DNA of 64,000 nt, from contig CM120642.1 in assembly GCA_051362555.1 (NCBI GenBank), positions 496,001 through 560,000 on the forward strand, read 5' to 3'. Shown here piece after piece: positions 38,457 through 51,700 of this stretch. The stretch is from Lingula anatina. Its lineage: Eukaryota; Animalia; Brachiopoda. A program made the position numbers and the translations under genes. The notes below the pieces were generated by a model that had not been told where the DNA came from, ran no database searches, and worked only from the letters and a program-made list of their open reading frames with translations. Positions within the stretch are counted from its first letter, which is position 1, and every line of letters begins with the position of its first letter.

Positions 38457-41400
38457 CTCTCTCTCTCACTCACTTAAATACCATTTAAAAAACAGGTTTC
38501 TTATGCTGCAGGTAATTTTCTTCTCTTTTCTTCTTGACATTTACAGCTCCAAAAGTATTCATAAAATTTCTACCTACAGCAAATAAAAGATGCACTATCA
38601 ATGTGACTTCAGGTGCAACTTATACCTGTTTGTGAGAAAACTTTTTTTTCTTGTTGTCCCAGAAAACAAACAATGATTCAATGTGTTACACCTCTGTCAA
38701 GCCTGATCATAAACAGTTTTTTCACAGATGACGTAATTGTTTTGTCCTACTTAACACAACTCTTTTGGGGACAAAATAAAACTGTTGCACACAAGTCATG
38801 GAGAAACATTATCTTTCTAACATTTAAAAAAACTGACAAGATATTTTTCAGTTTTTCATTTTCTTATATTTTACTTCTGCTTGAACCTCCACTATTAAGT
38901 ACAATTTGAAAGTATTCCCACAATTACAAATGAAAACATTGTTAAACAGAAGACGATGTTTTTAACTTGACACTACCTTTCTGCTGGAATGACTTACTTT
39001 AGTATGCAAAGATTTTGAAACATCTTACCTCTGCCAGTTATTATATATTTTCAGTACTTAATTTCTAGTTGTTCTTAAAAATGCTCTTTATGACACAAAG
39101 TTTGCTTTTCAAAATTATTATATATTTAAAAATCAGTATATGCAACAGAACATGATTTTGTGAAAATACATCAAATACATCAATTCATTTAGTTTGAATT
39201 CAGAGTTTTTACCATACCAAGTTTTATTCTCCTGGACCTTCAAGGACATACTTGTATACCTGCCAACATGTTTGAATTAGAAAGCAAATATTTAAAACCC
39301 GTCTACCACTATTTGTTATTGAAGACAGTTTATACTTTACAATATTTGCAGGGTATTAAGTTGGATTTGACCTGCAGAGGAGGTCACAGGTCGGGGTCTG
39401 AGGTCAAGGTTATGCTCTACAAAACTTCATTTCACTCGATTCCAAACACATCTTCTTAAGTTTCCTAGTAAATCATGTAATTACATGATGGCATTTTCTA
39501 CACAGAAGAGCTTAAGCTGAAAAATTGGTTTAATTTTTTAGACCAAAAACTTAATTTACTTTACATCCCTCCAACCCACAAGAAGTTAGTAAAAAGTCCA
39601 ATTAAATGAAATAGTACATCTGTTTGATAACAAGAAAGACAAAGTTAATATAGCAGATCAAAACTGTGAATTATCATGAGGTGAAAATTAACAAATTTTT
39701 AGTCTAAAAGATTTGACCAAGTTTCCACGAAAAGTTCTTCCATGACACTCATCCACAAACTCATAAATACCATGATGACAGTGACACAGACAACAACAAT
39801 GCAATAGAAGCTATAACAGTCACACCTGGCTATTATTAATTTCAAAATTGGCACCTGTCACCTTAAATGGACTCTTTAAACTTATGACGTCTCACAACAG
39901 GGCCCAGGCAGTCAAAAATGCCCCCCTGGCCACTGCTCACAGAGCGTGAAAAGAGGACGCCCCAAGTGAAGTGTGACCATCCAGTCCAAGAGCGACTTGA
40001 TCATAAACATGTCAGCTAGACAATTGGGTGTCACATTTTTCCTTATTGTTTTCATCGTGGAAAGTGACACTGATGTTCTTCTGTTACATACACTGCACTC
40101 TCCATAACTTGTCACCTTGGAATGTGAAAACGCTTTTCTTTTTGGTATAAGCTGAAGATTTAGAATATAGCCTTACTCTCTGCATAGCTTTAAAAACTCT
40201 CTGATCACTAGTATGTGAAATAAACAGAGTCTTAAAAGTGCCTATGTAAAAAATATATAAGATCTGTTACATAAACACACACACAGCCCATACACAGCAA
40301 TGAGCAGGCACGTACACACACACACACACACGTCCCCGGGAGGGGGGGGAGGGGGAGGGGGAGAGGGGTGGAGAGGGGACTGTCAATATCTACATCAACA
40401 CAGACATACCACACAGCAGACATATTCTGGTGACATGCCAGTAGACAAACCATGTCTCATTACACAACAGACACGCAGCACTTTCAAATGGTCTTTGCAC
40501 AGCCTCACTAACAATGGTTCTGGGGCCAGGACCACAAATAAAAGAAATTTGGCCCTAGATTGAAAGGTACCAGCATAAGTTGCCCAGTTAAAAATATACA
40601 TAATAGATTCTCTCTGTGCTATCACATCTATGAATCATCAGTTTCTAGTGTTTACTTTATCTGCCCAAAAGAATGGAACCTTTAATTTTTTTGTTTTTAT
40701 TAGTTTAAATCTTAGAATTTTTGCATCATGGCAATTTAAAAATCAATCCTAAAGAAAGATCATCAAACGTTTACCCCACACACACTCATATTTTAAAAGA
40801 ACTCTTTAAGAAATCCAGCCACTTTTGATGCGGGAGTCTGCATGTGAAAATGGAATTGAATTACATCTTCATATTCTTCTTCATATGGTTAATTTTTTTT
40901 TCTGTGAGCCCATACATCACGCTCCTGTACCACTGCAGAACTCAATCAATCACTTCCACTTGACACTTGGGGTTTGTTTGTCACAGCAGAAATCTTGGTG
41001 GTGTCTTTTTTTTTAAGATGCTTGGCTGCCAAAGAATGTAAAATATGCTATTATATGAAATTTACAGTGTTCGTGTGTGAGTGGATAAAAGAGCAGATAT
41101 AATTCTACATGATTAAAAAAACAACATTGCCATGAATATTTTGTTTATTTCCTAGAAGCAATCCATCAACTGACTTTTTCAAAGAGTATTTTCAAAGAAT
41201 CAAAACATTTTTTCTCTCTTTTTTCTTCTCTTTGCATTTCTAAGAAATGAATATTTAACATTTCTAACAAAATCACAGCAGTTTTAAAAACAACTCTTCC
41301 CAGGGACTTGAAAAAACTGATAAAATTTATATGTGAAACACCTTCAAAACTGATCATTACCAAACAATTTCCATCCCCACATTTGTAAACCCAATATCAC

Positions 41401-42870
41401 TTTAATTCTAGGTTCTACCTCAGCAAATAGAGAAGAAACTGATACATAATAACAAAAATACACTTATTAAGATGCCAATTTCAAGTGATAAACATCTACC
41501 ACATGATGTAATAAGATGTAACTTCAGATTATGCCAAAGGATACTGCCACGGGCAGATCATACCCCTAATCCTGACAACATCTTTAACATGTACCGACAT
41601 GCAGATTGCTATTTTGATTTGAATGTTCCATGTAAAACTTAGTTTTCTGTGTACAGCAATGTTCAGACACACCCTACTGGTCTAAAACTCACTGATTATC
41701 AAACAGGGACAGGTTTACTACTTTATGAGTGGGAAACCACCTTAAGTTAACAAAATACATTATTATTATCATTATTATTATTATTATCATTATTAAGAAC
41801 ATCATCATCATAAATAGTGACCTGAAAATATTTCTAGTCCCAAAAGGTATACTATTAATGAAAGGAGCAAAATAACAAATAGACACCTTTCTTCACAGGG
41901 ATTCCAAATGACAGTTGGGGCATCAGAGACATTACTCTAAGTAACACATATCCTGTCTTTATATCTTGCCATGCATGTGAAAACCATCAAAATCACCATC
42001 TTCATGTAAGGTAGCTATATTCATTCTACAAATACAACAGTGCATTGTTTTATTTCAACATTACATATATCATAATGGAAATGACCACACACATCCTACA
42101 TTGCCTACCACTACATTTTGGCTAATGATCATGTTTTAAGTTATACACAGATCAGCAGCAAGGGTTTCAGCCCTGCCAATAAGTTGTCTTATTTTTTTAA
42201 ACTAAAATCATGACAGTCAACTTACAGGGACAATTAAACCATATAACAAACATAATCAATAAGTTCTATTGAAAACTATAACAAAGGTTCACAAAATCCT
42301 CTTTAAGTCTTCCGCACTGTTTTTTACCTTCAGGGTTTACAAGGCCAAACACAGTCTATTTATCGTGTGACCTAATCTTAGTTCGCTGATTAAAAAACAA
42401 CATCCTACCCTTTATACTGATAGACATTATGAGGTTGTCAAGATGTCTTAATGGATAACTTTTTAATACTAAAAATGTCTGGCAGGAACACTTGAAGGTC
42501 TTATCATGTAGTAACCGCTGATAAAAAATTCAATAGATGTGCCTACACAACAGGTCTCCACTGCTTTATTATTTTGAAATTACACATGCGCCCCTCAAAC
42601 TGTAAGTACACTTTTATGTGATTCTGATACATAAGATGTGTTATTACGATGAATTAAAATACTATAAGACATTAATTACTCATATAATTATACCTGGTAG
42701 CATTTGTACAAAATAATAAACATTAAAACATACACATCAACTCACAACCATGTATTTTAAGCAACTTCTTTTCAAACAAAAGATAATAAACACACACATG
42801 AAACTACAAGTATTAGGTACAATTGTACAAATATACACACACATACAGGGACCATTCCCACAGATATTTG

Positions 42871-43060
42871 GATCGATCTATCTCCCTGGGGAGTCTCACT
42901 AAATTGCTATCAAACTAACCGGTTTAAATGTCTGTCATGCCTAGTAAAGCTGTTAGGGGGTTATTATCTTTACCCTTTATAGCTGATTCAGTAGGCGTGA
43001 CAGACATTTAAGCCAGTTCAGTTGATAGCAATTTAGTGAGACTCCCCAGATGGATTGATC
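42871..43060. mobile_element. Palindromic MITE / foldback with about 60-75 bp arms
   Basis: CTGGGGAGTCTCACTAAATTGCTATCAA...TTAAATGTCTGTCATGCCTA is inverted as TAGGCGTGACAGACATTTAA...TTGATAGCAATTTAGTGAGACTCCCCAG. The TSD is not resolved. Confidence 0.75.
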
Positions 43061-43500
43061 TAGGTACGGGAACCCAGTCACAGATACATGTACATACAGG
43101 ACGCGAATACAACATGGTGCTTCCCTGTCCTATGTATAATCCTCTGATCATATCAACCTATCACTATATGTGTGACAAGCTTATGACAGCAACTTTATTA
43201 GCAGTTCAATGTCCTGATGTCTAAACTTCCATGTTCACATTGAAGGAGGTCTTTATCTGAGGCTCTGATAGTCTTCAACATGGCTGTTGACACTCCTTCA
43301 GCCTCCTAATATCTGACCACTAGAATATAACATACCAGTACAGTGATAGGCAGCACAGTGCAATGGTACAGTGGAATTAAGTCTTTGAGAGAGAGAAAGA
43401 GGAAGGGGTGGGAAGAAAGAGAGAGAGAGAGAAAGAGAGGTGGGGAGAGAGACAGGGGGGTTAGAGAGAGAGACAGGTCACAACTACAACATGTCACCAA

Positions 43501-44284
43501 GGGGTCTGTCATATAGATAAACGTCCCAATAAAATATTCGCCCCGATAGATACGTCTCTATACATACAATAGATCTCACTAGATTTACGTCTCGTTAAAT
43601 TTACGTTCCGATAGATCCACCAACAGATTCCTATAAACCCACGTATCTTTAGATCCAGGTACCGCTAGATCCATCTATCTGACATCGTAATCGGCTAAAA
43701 GGCCCATATCAACTTGCGTTGTGAAATTTTGAACACATTTTTATGTTCTTTTTTGTTTTGTTTTGTTTAGAACACATTTACATGTAAATTCAGAACACTT
43801 TTTACGTGTTCGAATGTTGCATTTTGAGAACGCTTTAAACAGTGTTCTGACGCTAGAACAGTAATTAAGCGTTGTGAAATATAGAACACACTTTTGTTCT
43901 TTTTATGTTCTTTCACTGAGTATTGTGTGAAAACGATCTAGTAGAATAATATATTGCTGACTGCGTACTGCCGTTTTAAAGAAGTGCATTTTATGTACTG
44001 AGTAGTATACCAACCATTTCGAGCAATAGTGTACCTGTAATGGATCTATCGGTATTTGGATCTAAAAATACGTGGATCTATAGGTATGCGGATTTAAAGG
44101 ACGTGGGTTTATGAGGACGTCATATCTATAGGAACGCAAATATATAGGACAGCAGAAAAAAATCGGATCTATCGGTATTTAAATCTAAAAAGATGTTTTT
44201 TCCGTTTTTCCTTTATGTATCTATCGGTAACGGGAGTATAGAGACGTGTAATATTTTGGGACTAAATTTTATCCGTACGTACCC
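43501..44284. mobile_element. Foldback / MULE-like non-autonomous element
   Basis: GTCACCAA is duplicated at 43493-43500 and 44285-44292 (8 bp, or 9 with one mismatch). The termini are GGG...CCC, and the imperfect inverted arms are built of TAGATC/GATCTA sub-repeats. The element is CpG-rich. Confidence 0.7.
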
Positions 44285-46647
44285 GTCACCAAAGCATTCA
44301 GCAAATTTCCAAATCATTACCCAATTCAATTGAAACATAAATTTCACCAAATTAAAGTTGTCAGCAAAATATTTCACTTTTTTAAATACAACTTGAAGCT
44401 ACGACCAGAATGTCTCACTGTGAACAATGAGGGCAAACATAATCCTGATAAAATTCTTGAGCAAACTATTTATTGTGCTCTTAGTTTCAACAATCTCTGT
44501 ACAAGTATCACGCTGCAATTCATGTCACATTCCACCGTCACCAAAGTGAACTGATGTAACTGCCAATAAATAACCAATGTACACTCATATGTGAGTGTGA
44601 ACTAGGCTTTAGACATGTGTACAGCTGGGGAGTAAATGTTGTACAGTTTTGCAACACATATTGTCATGTAACATATTATTTAACATGTAGAGATATCAGA
44701 AATATGTGTTTGGGAGGCAAAGAAGACAGGAGTATTAAACAGACAATCAGTTTTATTTCACAATGAAAGACACCACAACTTTATCCTTTGTAACAAGGTG
44801 GATTTGCCAAAGTGCTCAGGTGTGAAGTTTTCTTTGAAATGCAGAATTCCTAAATCCTCATTTCTGTCAACATTCATGCACCCACATACATCAATGCTAG
44901 CATGCACAGGTTCTATTGTATCCCATAGTATTCTTTTCTTTCATAAACTATTTTACTTTATTATTTGATTTCCCTTTTTTCTGTTCTATCATCATTATTA
45001 TAAAGTTGTCTGCCATGCAATCCTGTATAACTTTGCTATATTATCTTTACTATAGTCGCCTTAACACCAAGTTCAACAACTTTCTACAGTCTCAGATATC
45101 TTCCTGGGTTACATAAAACTGGAATGTTGATGGGGAAATTAATTTGTCACATACTTTAAGGTGTGTTTACACTGGATTATCTGCTTTACTCTCAAAGCAA
45201 ACCAGTCTGTGTTAAGTCAATGAGGGGACAAGTAGAATACATTACACCTTGCATGCACTGCAACTTAGCACATCCATGGCTTGATTGCAATCTATCTGGT
45301 TCAACTCTGTGCACACTGCACTGTACTTGTGTAAGACAACAAATTCTTGTAGCATTCCACATCCCTCCTTAGACAAACAAATACATGATATAACACAAAA
45401 TACTAGTAACTGGGGATCTTTGAGATTTATCCCTTGTTCACTGTGTGTGATTATTATACCTCGCTCTCACTGTGAGAGCTCTGTCCTCTGCCTGACAGAC
45501 AGACGCACAGACAGATGGAGAAATGGACCAATGTCTACAAAAAATACAGACATACTTGTAAACAGACAGACAGACAGGTAAAAACAGCATAGAAAAAAGA
45601 ACACAGTTAATCTTCCCCATAAAAAAATTACTGTTGTCCCTACAAAAAAGAAATCTAAGTTCAAGACTTCTGTCGCAGGCACTCCTATGAATGTTAAGCT
45701 TTTCACGATTGGCAAAACCAAAGCTGCGTGTCACCTTATCCTCCCCTTGTCGTGGAGTTCTTTTTCATTTGTCCCTGGATAAAGGATTTATCAAGTAAAG
45801 CAGTAGATTGGATATAACCCCATTTTCAAGTTCATTTAACAGATCCTACTTATCAAAGGTAGTTGAAAAAAGAGACAATTGAACCGCTCCTAAATTCAAC
45901 TTCCTTTTTAGTTTAAATAAAAACAGGTTTTAAAATCAACACAACTTTTATCCTGAGCTTTATTGACGTCTGCCTGTTTCTGAACTCAAACATTAGAACC
46001 TTGGATATGGGTTATTACCCAACTCCTTCACTATCTAATGTGTTTTAAGTAATAATTCAATTCTTAATCACTAGTCAAGTGCTACCTTTTTGTGTTAAGA
46101 GGCTGCAGTAGAAGCACATCAGGTGGAAAAATTGAAAATCAACAAAACATGACACTTCCAAACGTGCCATATTGTTATAATAACAACCCTGAACATCCAA
46201 CTGGGATGGGAAAGGCTGGCTATCCAACCTATTCATGACAAAAGCAGCAAAATTCCTCCCACACATGAAGAATGTGTTATACCGAATTGTGAGTCAAAAG
46301 ATTGTTCCTTTGCACAGATCAAACTCTAACATCTTGTATTTAAAATCTGGTTCTCACCACCTAAGGGGGACCCCCCTTCCACGTGTTCTACCCCCAGGGC
46401 TAGGACCAGAGGTTCTATGGCTTACGGGTACCAGAGTGTTTAGATACTTTAGGTGTGATTACCTAGTCCTCAACAAACACGTGAGGACAACAGTTTAATA
46501 CTTCTCCTGGCATTGAGTACAACACAGAATACTTCGTGATGCAAGAGTACTTTAGAACAAGAGGAGGCGTGTTATACTGAGTCCCCACTGAGTTGGATCC
46601 ATCTACGTGCAATGATAGTTACATTGGGAATGAGTCCTAAGACTTAA

Positions 46648-47291
46648 AGTCATAATAACTCTTCGTTTTGGCCAAAAATTGGATTTTCCTGGAAAAAAAC
46701 GGCAATTTTCCCGTACTTAGCAATAGTCAAAGACCCCATTCCTGCATTCAAAGTAAATCCAGGTTTTTTTTTTTCCTAAACGTACAGTTTTTTTTTTAAA
46801 TCTCTGAAGAGATTTTAACTGACGGAGCCCTCTCTGACATTGCATAGTCACTGGTGACCTACTTAAAACCGCGGGAAAAGCAGACAACAACAACACTATA
46901 TAATAATAATATTAGATTCATGAGATATATTTGTCTTTTTGTTAAAAATGCATTTATATCCACAATGTGTGCCATTCTGGGCTTTTCGTTATCTGACGCA
47001 CTGTACAAAAACTTGCAACTTACGTCTGCGTCTGCATCAAAGTGTTTCGCGGCATGTTATTTTGGTCTCGAATGAACACGAGAATCCGCGTGACACCCTT
47101 ACGTCATTAGCAACGGATGCCTTGATGACTGGGAAGAAAGGCATCGAAAGCCCTGTTGACAAGCACAGATTTTAGTTTTACTACAATAATGGCCGTTTTA
47201 GTGGTGAAATGCAATATAATATATTTCCATGCGTTGTTTACAATGTATTTCTTGCGGAATTTTGAATCTCAAAGGAAGAGTTATTATTGCT
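46648..47291. mobile_element. Kolobok-like non-autonomous element
   Basis: TTAA|AGTCATAATAACTCTTCGTTT ... AAAGGAAGAGTTATTATTGCT|TGAA gives imperfect TIRs starting with AG in a TTAA-type target. The interior is CpG-rich. Confidence 0.55.
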
Positions 47292-48037
47292 TGAAGATAA
47301 AGTTGTATTGTGAAGGAGACCCCAGGGTTAAGACCCCAGGATTAAGACCCATGGTTTTGGAACTAGAGGTGACCAAACTGTATACACTGGATACCATGTC
47401 TCTAACCACTGGGTTAATGTTATAATACATAACTGCATAATGTAATGTAACACTTAGTTGATATTGTATAACACCATGGAAAAGAAGGCTGGCATGTTTA
47501 CACTGGAAGAAAATGCTAAAACCTGAATCAGCATCACCCTGACTGTTAATTAATATAACAGACAAGATACCTCAAGTCATTCATAAATTTATTGTGATGG
47601 AATTTTCAGGACACACAGTCAAGGAAAGAATGTAGGTCTCTTGATATCACTACTATTTGTGTTTTGTCTTCACAGAGGTATGCACAATTAGAATTATCCC
47701 TACTTCTTATTTCTCCACACCACACATCTGAAGCTTTAGTTTGCAAACTTGGGTCACAAAAGGCTGCACTGCCAAGTTCAGTCCAATCAGCACATTATAT
47801 CATGTCAAGATTCTATGAAGAAACTAGAGGATCAGAGAGGCGATACCGCCTCCGAATATTGTACCACCAGCTGGAGCAAGCGCATTCGTATAGACCCCCA
47901 CATACACAAAATAAGGGGTGCAGCCACCAGTCTTGTGCTTGACAAGCTGTAAAAATGCAATCAACAAGAATTTTCAAAATATGCAAAAAATATATATAAC
48001 TAAAAATGGTGCAATCAAAGTTAAGTTCATTGTAAGG

Positions 48038-49606
48038 TAGGTCAAAGGTCAATTTCAAGGTCACAGTAAATTGCCAGTATATGACTTCCTATCCAACTTC
48101 AATAGTAACTATGGACCTATCTCTGCCAGTTTTGGAGATAAAAGGGAAGCAAAATTTGCAAAGTTCAGTTCATGGTGAAAAGTAGGTCAAAGGTCAATTT
48201 CAAGGTCACAGTAAGATTGCCAGTATATGACTTCCTATTCAACTTCAATAGTAACTATGGACCTATCTCTGCCAGTTTTGGAGATAAAAGGGAAGCAAAA
48301 TTTGCAAAGTTCAGTTCATGGTGAAAAGTAGGTCAAAGGTCAATTTCAAGGTCACATTTAGATTGCCAGTGTATGACTTCCTATTCAACTTCAATAGTAA
48401 CTATGGACCTATCTCTGCCAGTTTTGGAGATAAAAGGGAAGCAAAATTTGCAAAGTTCAGTTCATGGTGAAAAGAAGGTCAAAGGTCAATTTCAAGGTCA
48501 CAGTAAAATTGCCAGTATATGACTTCCTATGCAAGTTCAATAGTAACTATGGACCTATCTCTGCCAGTTTTGGAGATAAAAGGGAAGCAAATTTTGCAAA
48601 GTTCAGTTCAAGGTGAAAAGTAGGTCAAAGGTCAATTTCAAGGTCACAGTAAAATTGCCAGTATATGACTTCCTATTCAAGTTCAATAGTAACTATGGAC
48701 CTATCTCTGCCAGTTTTGGAGATAAAAGGGAAGCAAAATTTGCAAAGTTCAGTTCATGGTGAAAAGTAGGTCAAAGGTCAATTTCAAGGTCACAGTAAGA
48801 TTGCCAGTATATGACTTCCTATTCAACTTCAATAGTAACTATGGACCTATCTCTGCCAGTTTTGGAGATAAAAGGGAAGCAAAATTTGCAAAGTTCAGTT
48901 CATGGTGAAAAGTAGGTCAAAGGTCAATTTCAAGGTCACATTTAGATTGCCAGTATATGACTTCCTATTCAACTTCAATAGTAACTATGGACCTATCTCT
49001 GCCAGTTTTGGAGATAAAAGGGAAGCAAAATTTGCAAAGTTCAGTTCATGGTGAAAAGAAGGTCAAAGGTCAATTTCAAGGTCACAGTAAAATTGCCAGT
49101 ATATGACTTCCTATGCAAGTTCAATAGTAACTATGGACCTATCTCTGCCAGTTTTGGAGATAAAAGGGAAGCAAATTTTGCAAAGTTCAGTTCAAGGTGA
49201 AAAGTAGGTCAAAGGTCAATTTCAAGGTCACAGTAAAATTGCCAGTATATGACTTCCTATTCAAGTTCAATAGTAACTATGGACCTATCTCTGCCAGTTT
49301 TGGAGATAAAAGGGAAGCAAAATTTGCAAAGTTCAGTTCATGGTGATAAGTAGGTCAAAGGTCAATTTCAAGGTCACAGTAAGATTGCCAGTATATGACT
49401 TCCTATTCAACTTCAATAGTAACTATGGACCTATCTCTGCCAGTTTTGGAGATAAAAGGGAAGCAAAATTTGCAAAGTTCAGTTCATGGTGAAAAGTAGG
49501 TCAAAGGTCAATGTCAAGGTCACAGTAAGATTGCCAGTATATGACTTCCTATTCAACTTCAATAGTAACTATGGACCTATCTCTGCCAGTTTTGGAGATA
49601 TAAGGG
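48038..49606. repeat. 146-bp satellite-like array, about 10.8 monomers
   Basis: GGTCAAAGGTCAA starts at 48040, 48185, 48331, 48477, 48623, 48769, 48915, 49061, 49207, 49353 and 49499. Confidence 0.97.
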
Positions 49607-49850
49607 ACTAAATGTTATAATTTTGGAGTTACCATAATGTGCCATAAATTTCCTACAGAAAAAATTAATTAAAATAAAGAAAAGGTCATTTTGGTCAAAG
49701 TTCTTGAAATGGGAGGTTCTCTGAAGTTGCAGAAGTTTAAATTTGATAAAATAATGTCATTTTTGACCACAAGTTGTCTGCTTTGCCAAGCATTATGTTT
49801 TATTTTTCCGGAGTTCAAAATTTATTATCCATTACCGTACTGCACATTTT

Positions 49851-50141
49851 TATGGAAGCCGACTGGTGCCATATGTTGAAAAAAAAAATTATCTCGAAAT
49901 TTCGAGATAGCATTTTTTTTGTTCAAATTTCAAAATACTATCTCGAAATTTCGAGATAAATTTTTTTGCTCAAATATCAAAATGCTATCTCGAAATTTCG
50001 AGATAATTTTTTTTTTGTTCAAATTTCAAAATGCTATCTCGAAATTTCGAGATAAAAATTTTTTTTGTTCAAATTTCAAAATAGTATCTCGAAATTTCGA
50101 GATAATTTTTTTTCTACATATGGCACCAGTCGGCTTCCGTA
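49851..50141. mobile_element. IS3EU-like MITE nested in the Helentron-derived element
   Basis: 26-bp TIR TATGGAAGCCGACTGGTGCCATATGT / ACATATGGCACCAGTCGGCTTCCGTA and 6-bp TSD CATTTT (49845-49850 / 50142-50147). TAY...RTA termini with a 6-bp TSD fit IS3EU. There are five internal copies of the palindrome TATCTCGAAATTTCGAGATA. Confidence 0.8.
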
Positions 50142-51700
50142 CATTTTCCTTTCACCACCAATATGTACTTTCTGATACAGCGTAACTCGAAAACCGTATG
50201 GAATACAAAAAAACCGAGACCACCACCAGTGTTGGGCTTTACATGCTCTACAAAATGCAAAAAAGAATGGGTCTCTAGCATTAACGGTTCCCGAATTAGA
50301 GACAGTTTTCAGTTTCGGTATCTTATGGCCGCTACTCCTGTGAAAATGCACCGATTGACCCCAAATTCACGGAGATGAAAGATGACCTGAAGGGTAACAC
50401 TTTCCAATAATATTATTGGTTAAGTCTGTGTGGCATCTGAATAACAGGGCAAAAAAAATTTTTTTCGTAAAAAATTTCATTTTTTTGAAAATTTTGACCC
50501 ATTTGACCTTGAAGTAAAGGTCAAAGGTCAAATCCGAGGGTATATTTGAAATCTACACATATGACTTTTGGAAAGCCGTCTATAGAAATTTTTCCCGTAA
50601 CTCCTTCTGTAGGGTAGATAATTAGCATTTAATTTTGCCATTTTTAGACAAGGGTGCATTGCAATGAGTGCCACACCCAGACCCCAATACCGACAAAGCC
50701 CAAATTTTACGTGGAACGAGTTGAGATTATAGGTGACCTAAATCCATGAGATGGGTACGGGGGCCCTTACCGTCTAGGAGGAGAAGCGGTAACGGTAACA
50801 TGGCGGCGGAGCCGGCGGAACGGACCAGACGGGACCGAAACCATGTGTACCGCCAGCGCTAACGCTGGTGGTAAATTTTTTTGTTCAAATTTCAAAATAG
50901 TATCTCGAAATTTCGAGATAATTTTTTTTTCTACATATGGCACCAGTGGGCTTCCGTACATTTTCCTTTCACCACCAATATGTACTTTTTGATACAGCGT
51001 AACTCGAAAACCGTATGGAATACAAAAAAACCGAGACCACCTCCAGTGTTGGGCTTTACATGCTCTACAAAATGCAAAAAAGAATGGGTCTCTAGCATTA
51101 ACGGTTCCCGAATTAGAGACAGTTTTCAGTTTCGGTATCTTATGGCCGCTACTCCTGTGAAAATGCACCGATTGACCCCAAATTCACGGAGATGAAAGAT
51201 GACCTGAAGGGTAACACTTTCCAATAATATTATTGGTTAAGTCTGTGTGGTGTCTGAATAACAGGGCAAAAAAATTTTTTTTCGTAAAAAATTTCATTTT
51301 TTTGAAAATTTTGGCCCATTTGACCTTGAAGTAAAGGTCAAAGGTCAAATCCGAGGGTATATTTGAAATCTACACATATGACTTTTGGAAAGCCGTCTGT
51401 AGAAAATTTTCCCGTAACTCCTTCCGTAGGGTAGATAATTAGCATTTAATTTTGCCATTTTTGGACAAGGGTGCATTGCAATGAGTGCCACACCCAGACC
51501 CCAATACCGACAAAGCCCAAATTTTACGTGGAACGAGTTGAGATTATAGGTGACCTAAATCCATGAGATGGGTATGGGGGGCCTTACCGTCTAGGAGGAG
51601 AAGTGGTAACGGTAGCCGTCCGGCGGAGCCGGCGGAGCCGGCGGAACGATCCGGACGAGACCGAAACCATGTGTACCGCCAGCGCTAACGCTGGTGGTAC
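50057..51700. repeat. About 817-bp tandem duplication of the terminal segment of the Helentron-derived element
   Basis: 50057-50873 is repeated from 50874 (for example CTACATATGG at 50114 and 50931) with scattered substitutions. Confidence 0.93.

Noticed and set aside
49890-50104. Palindromic 20-bp repeats with about 28-bp spacers, superficially CRISPR-like
   Set aside because: The spacers are near-identical to each other, the array is bounded by TIRs and a TSD, the context is eukaryotic, and there are no cas genes.
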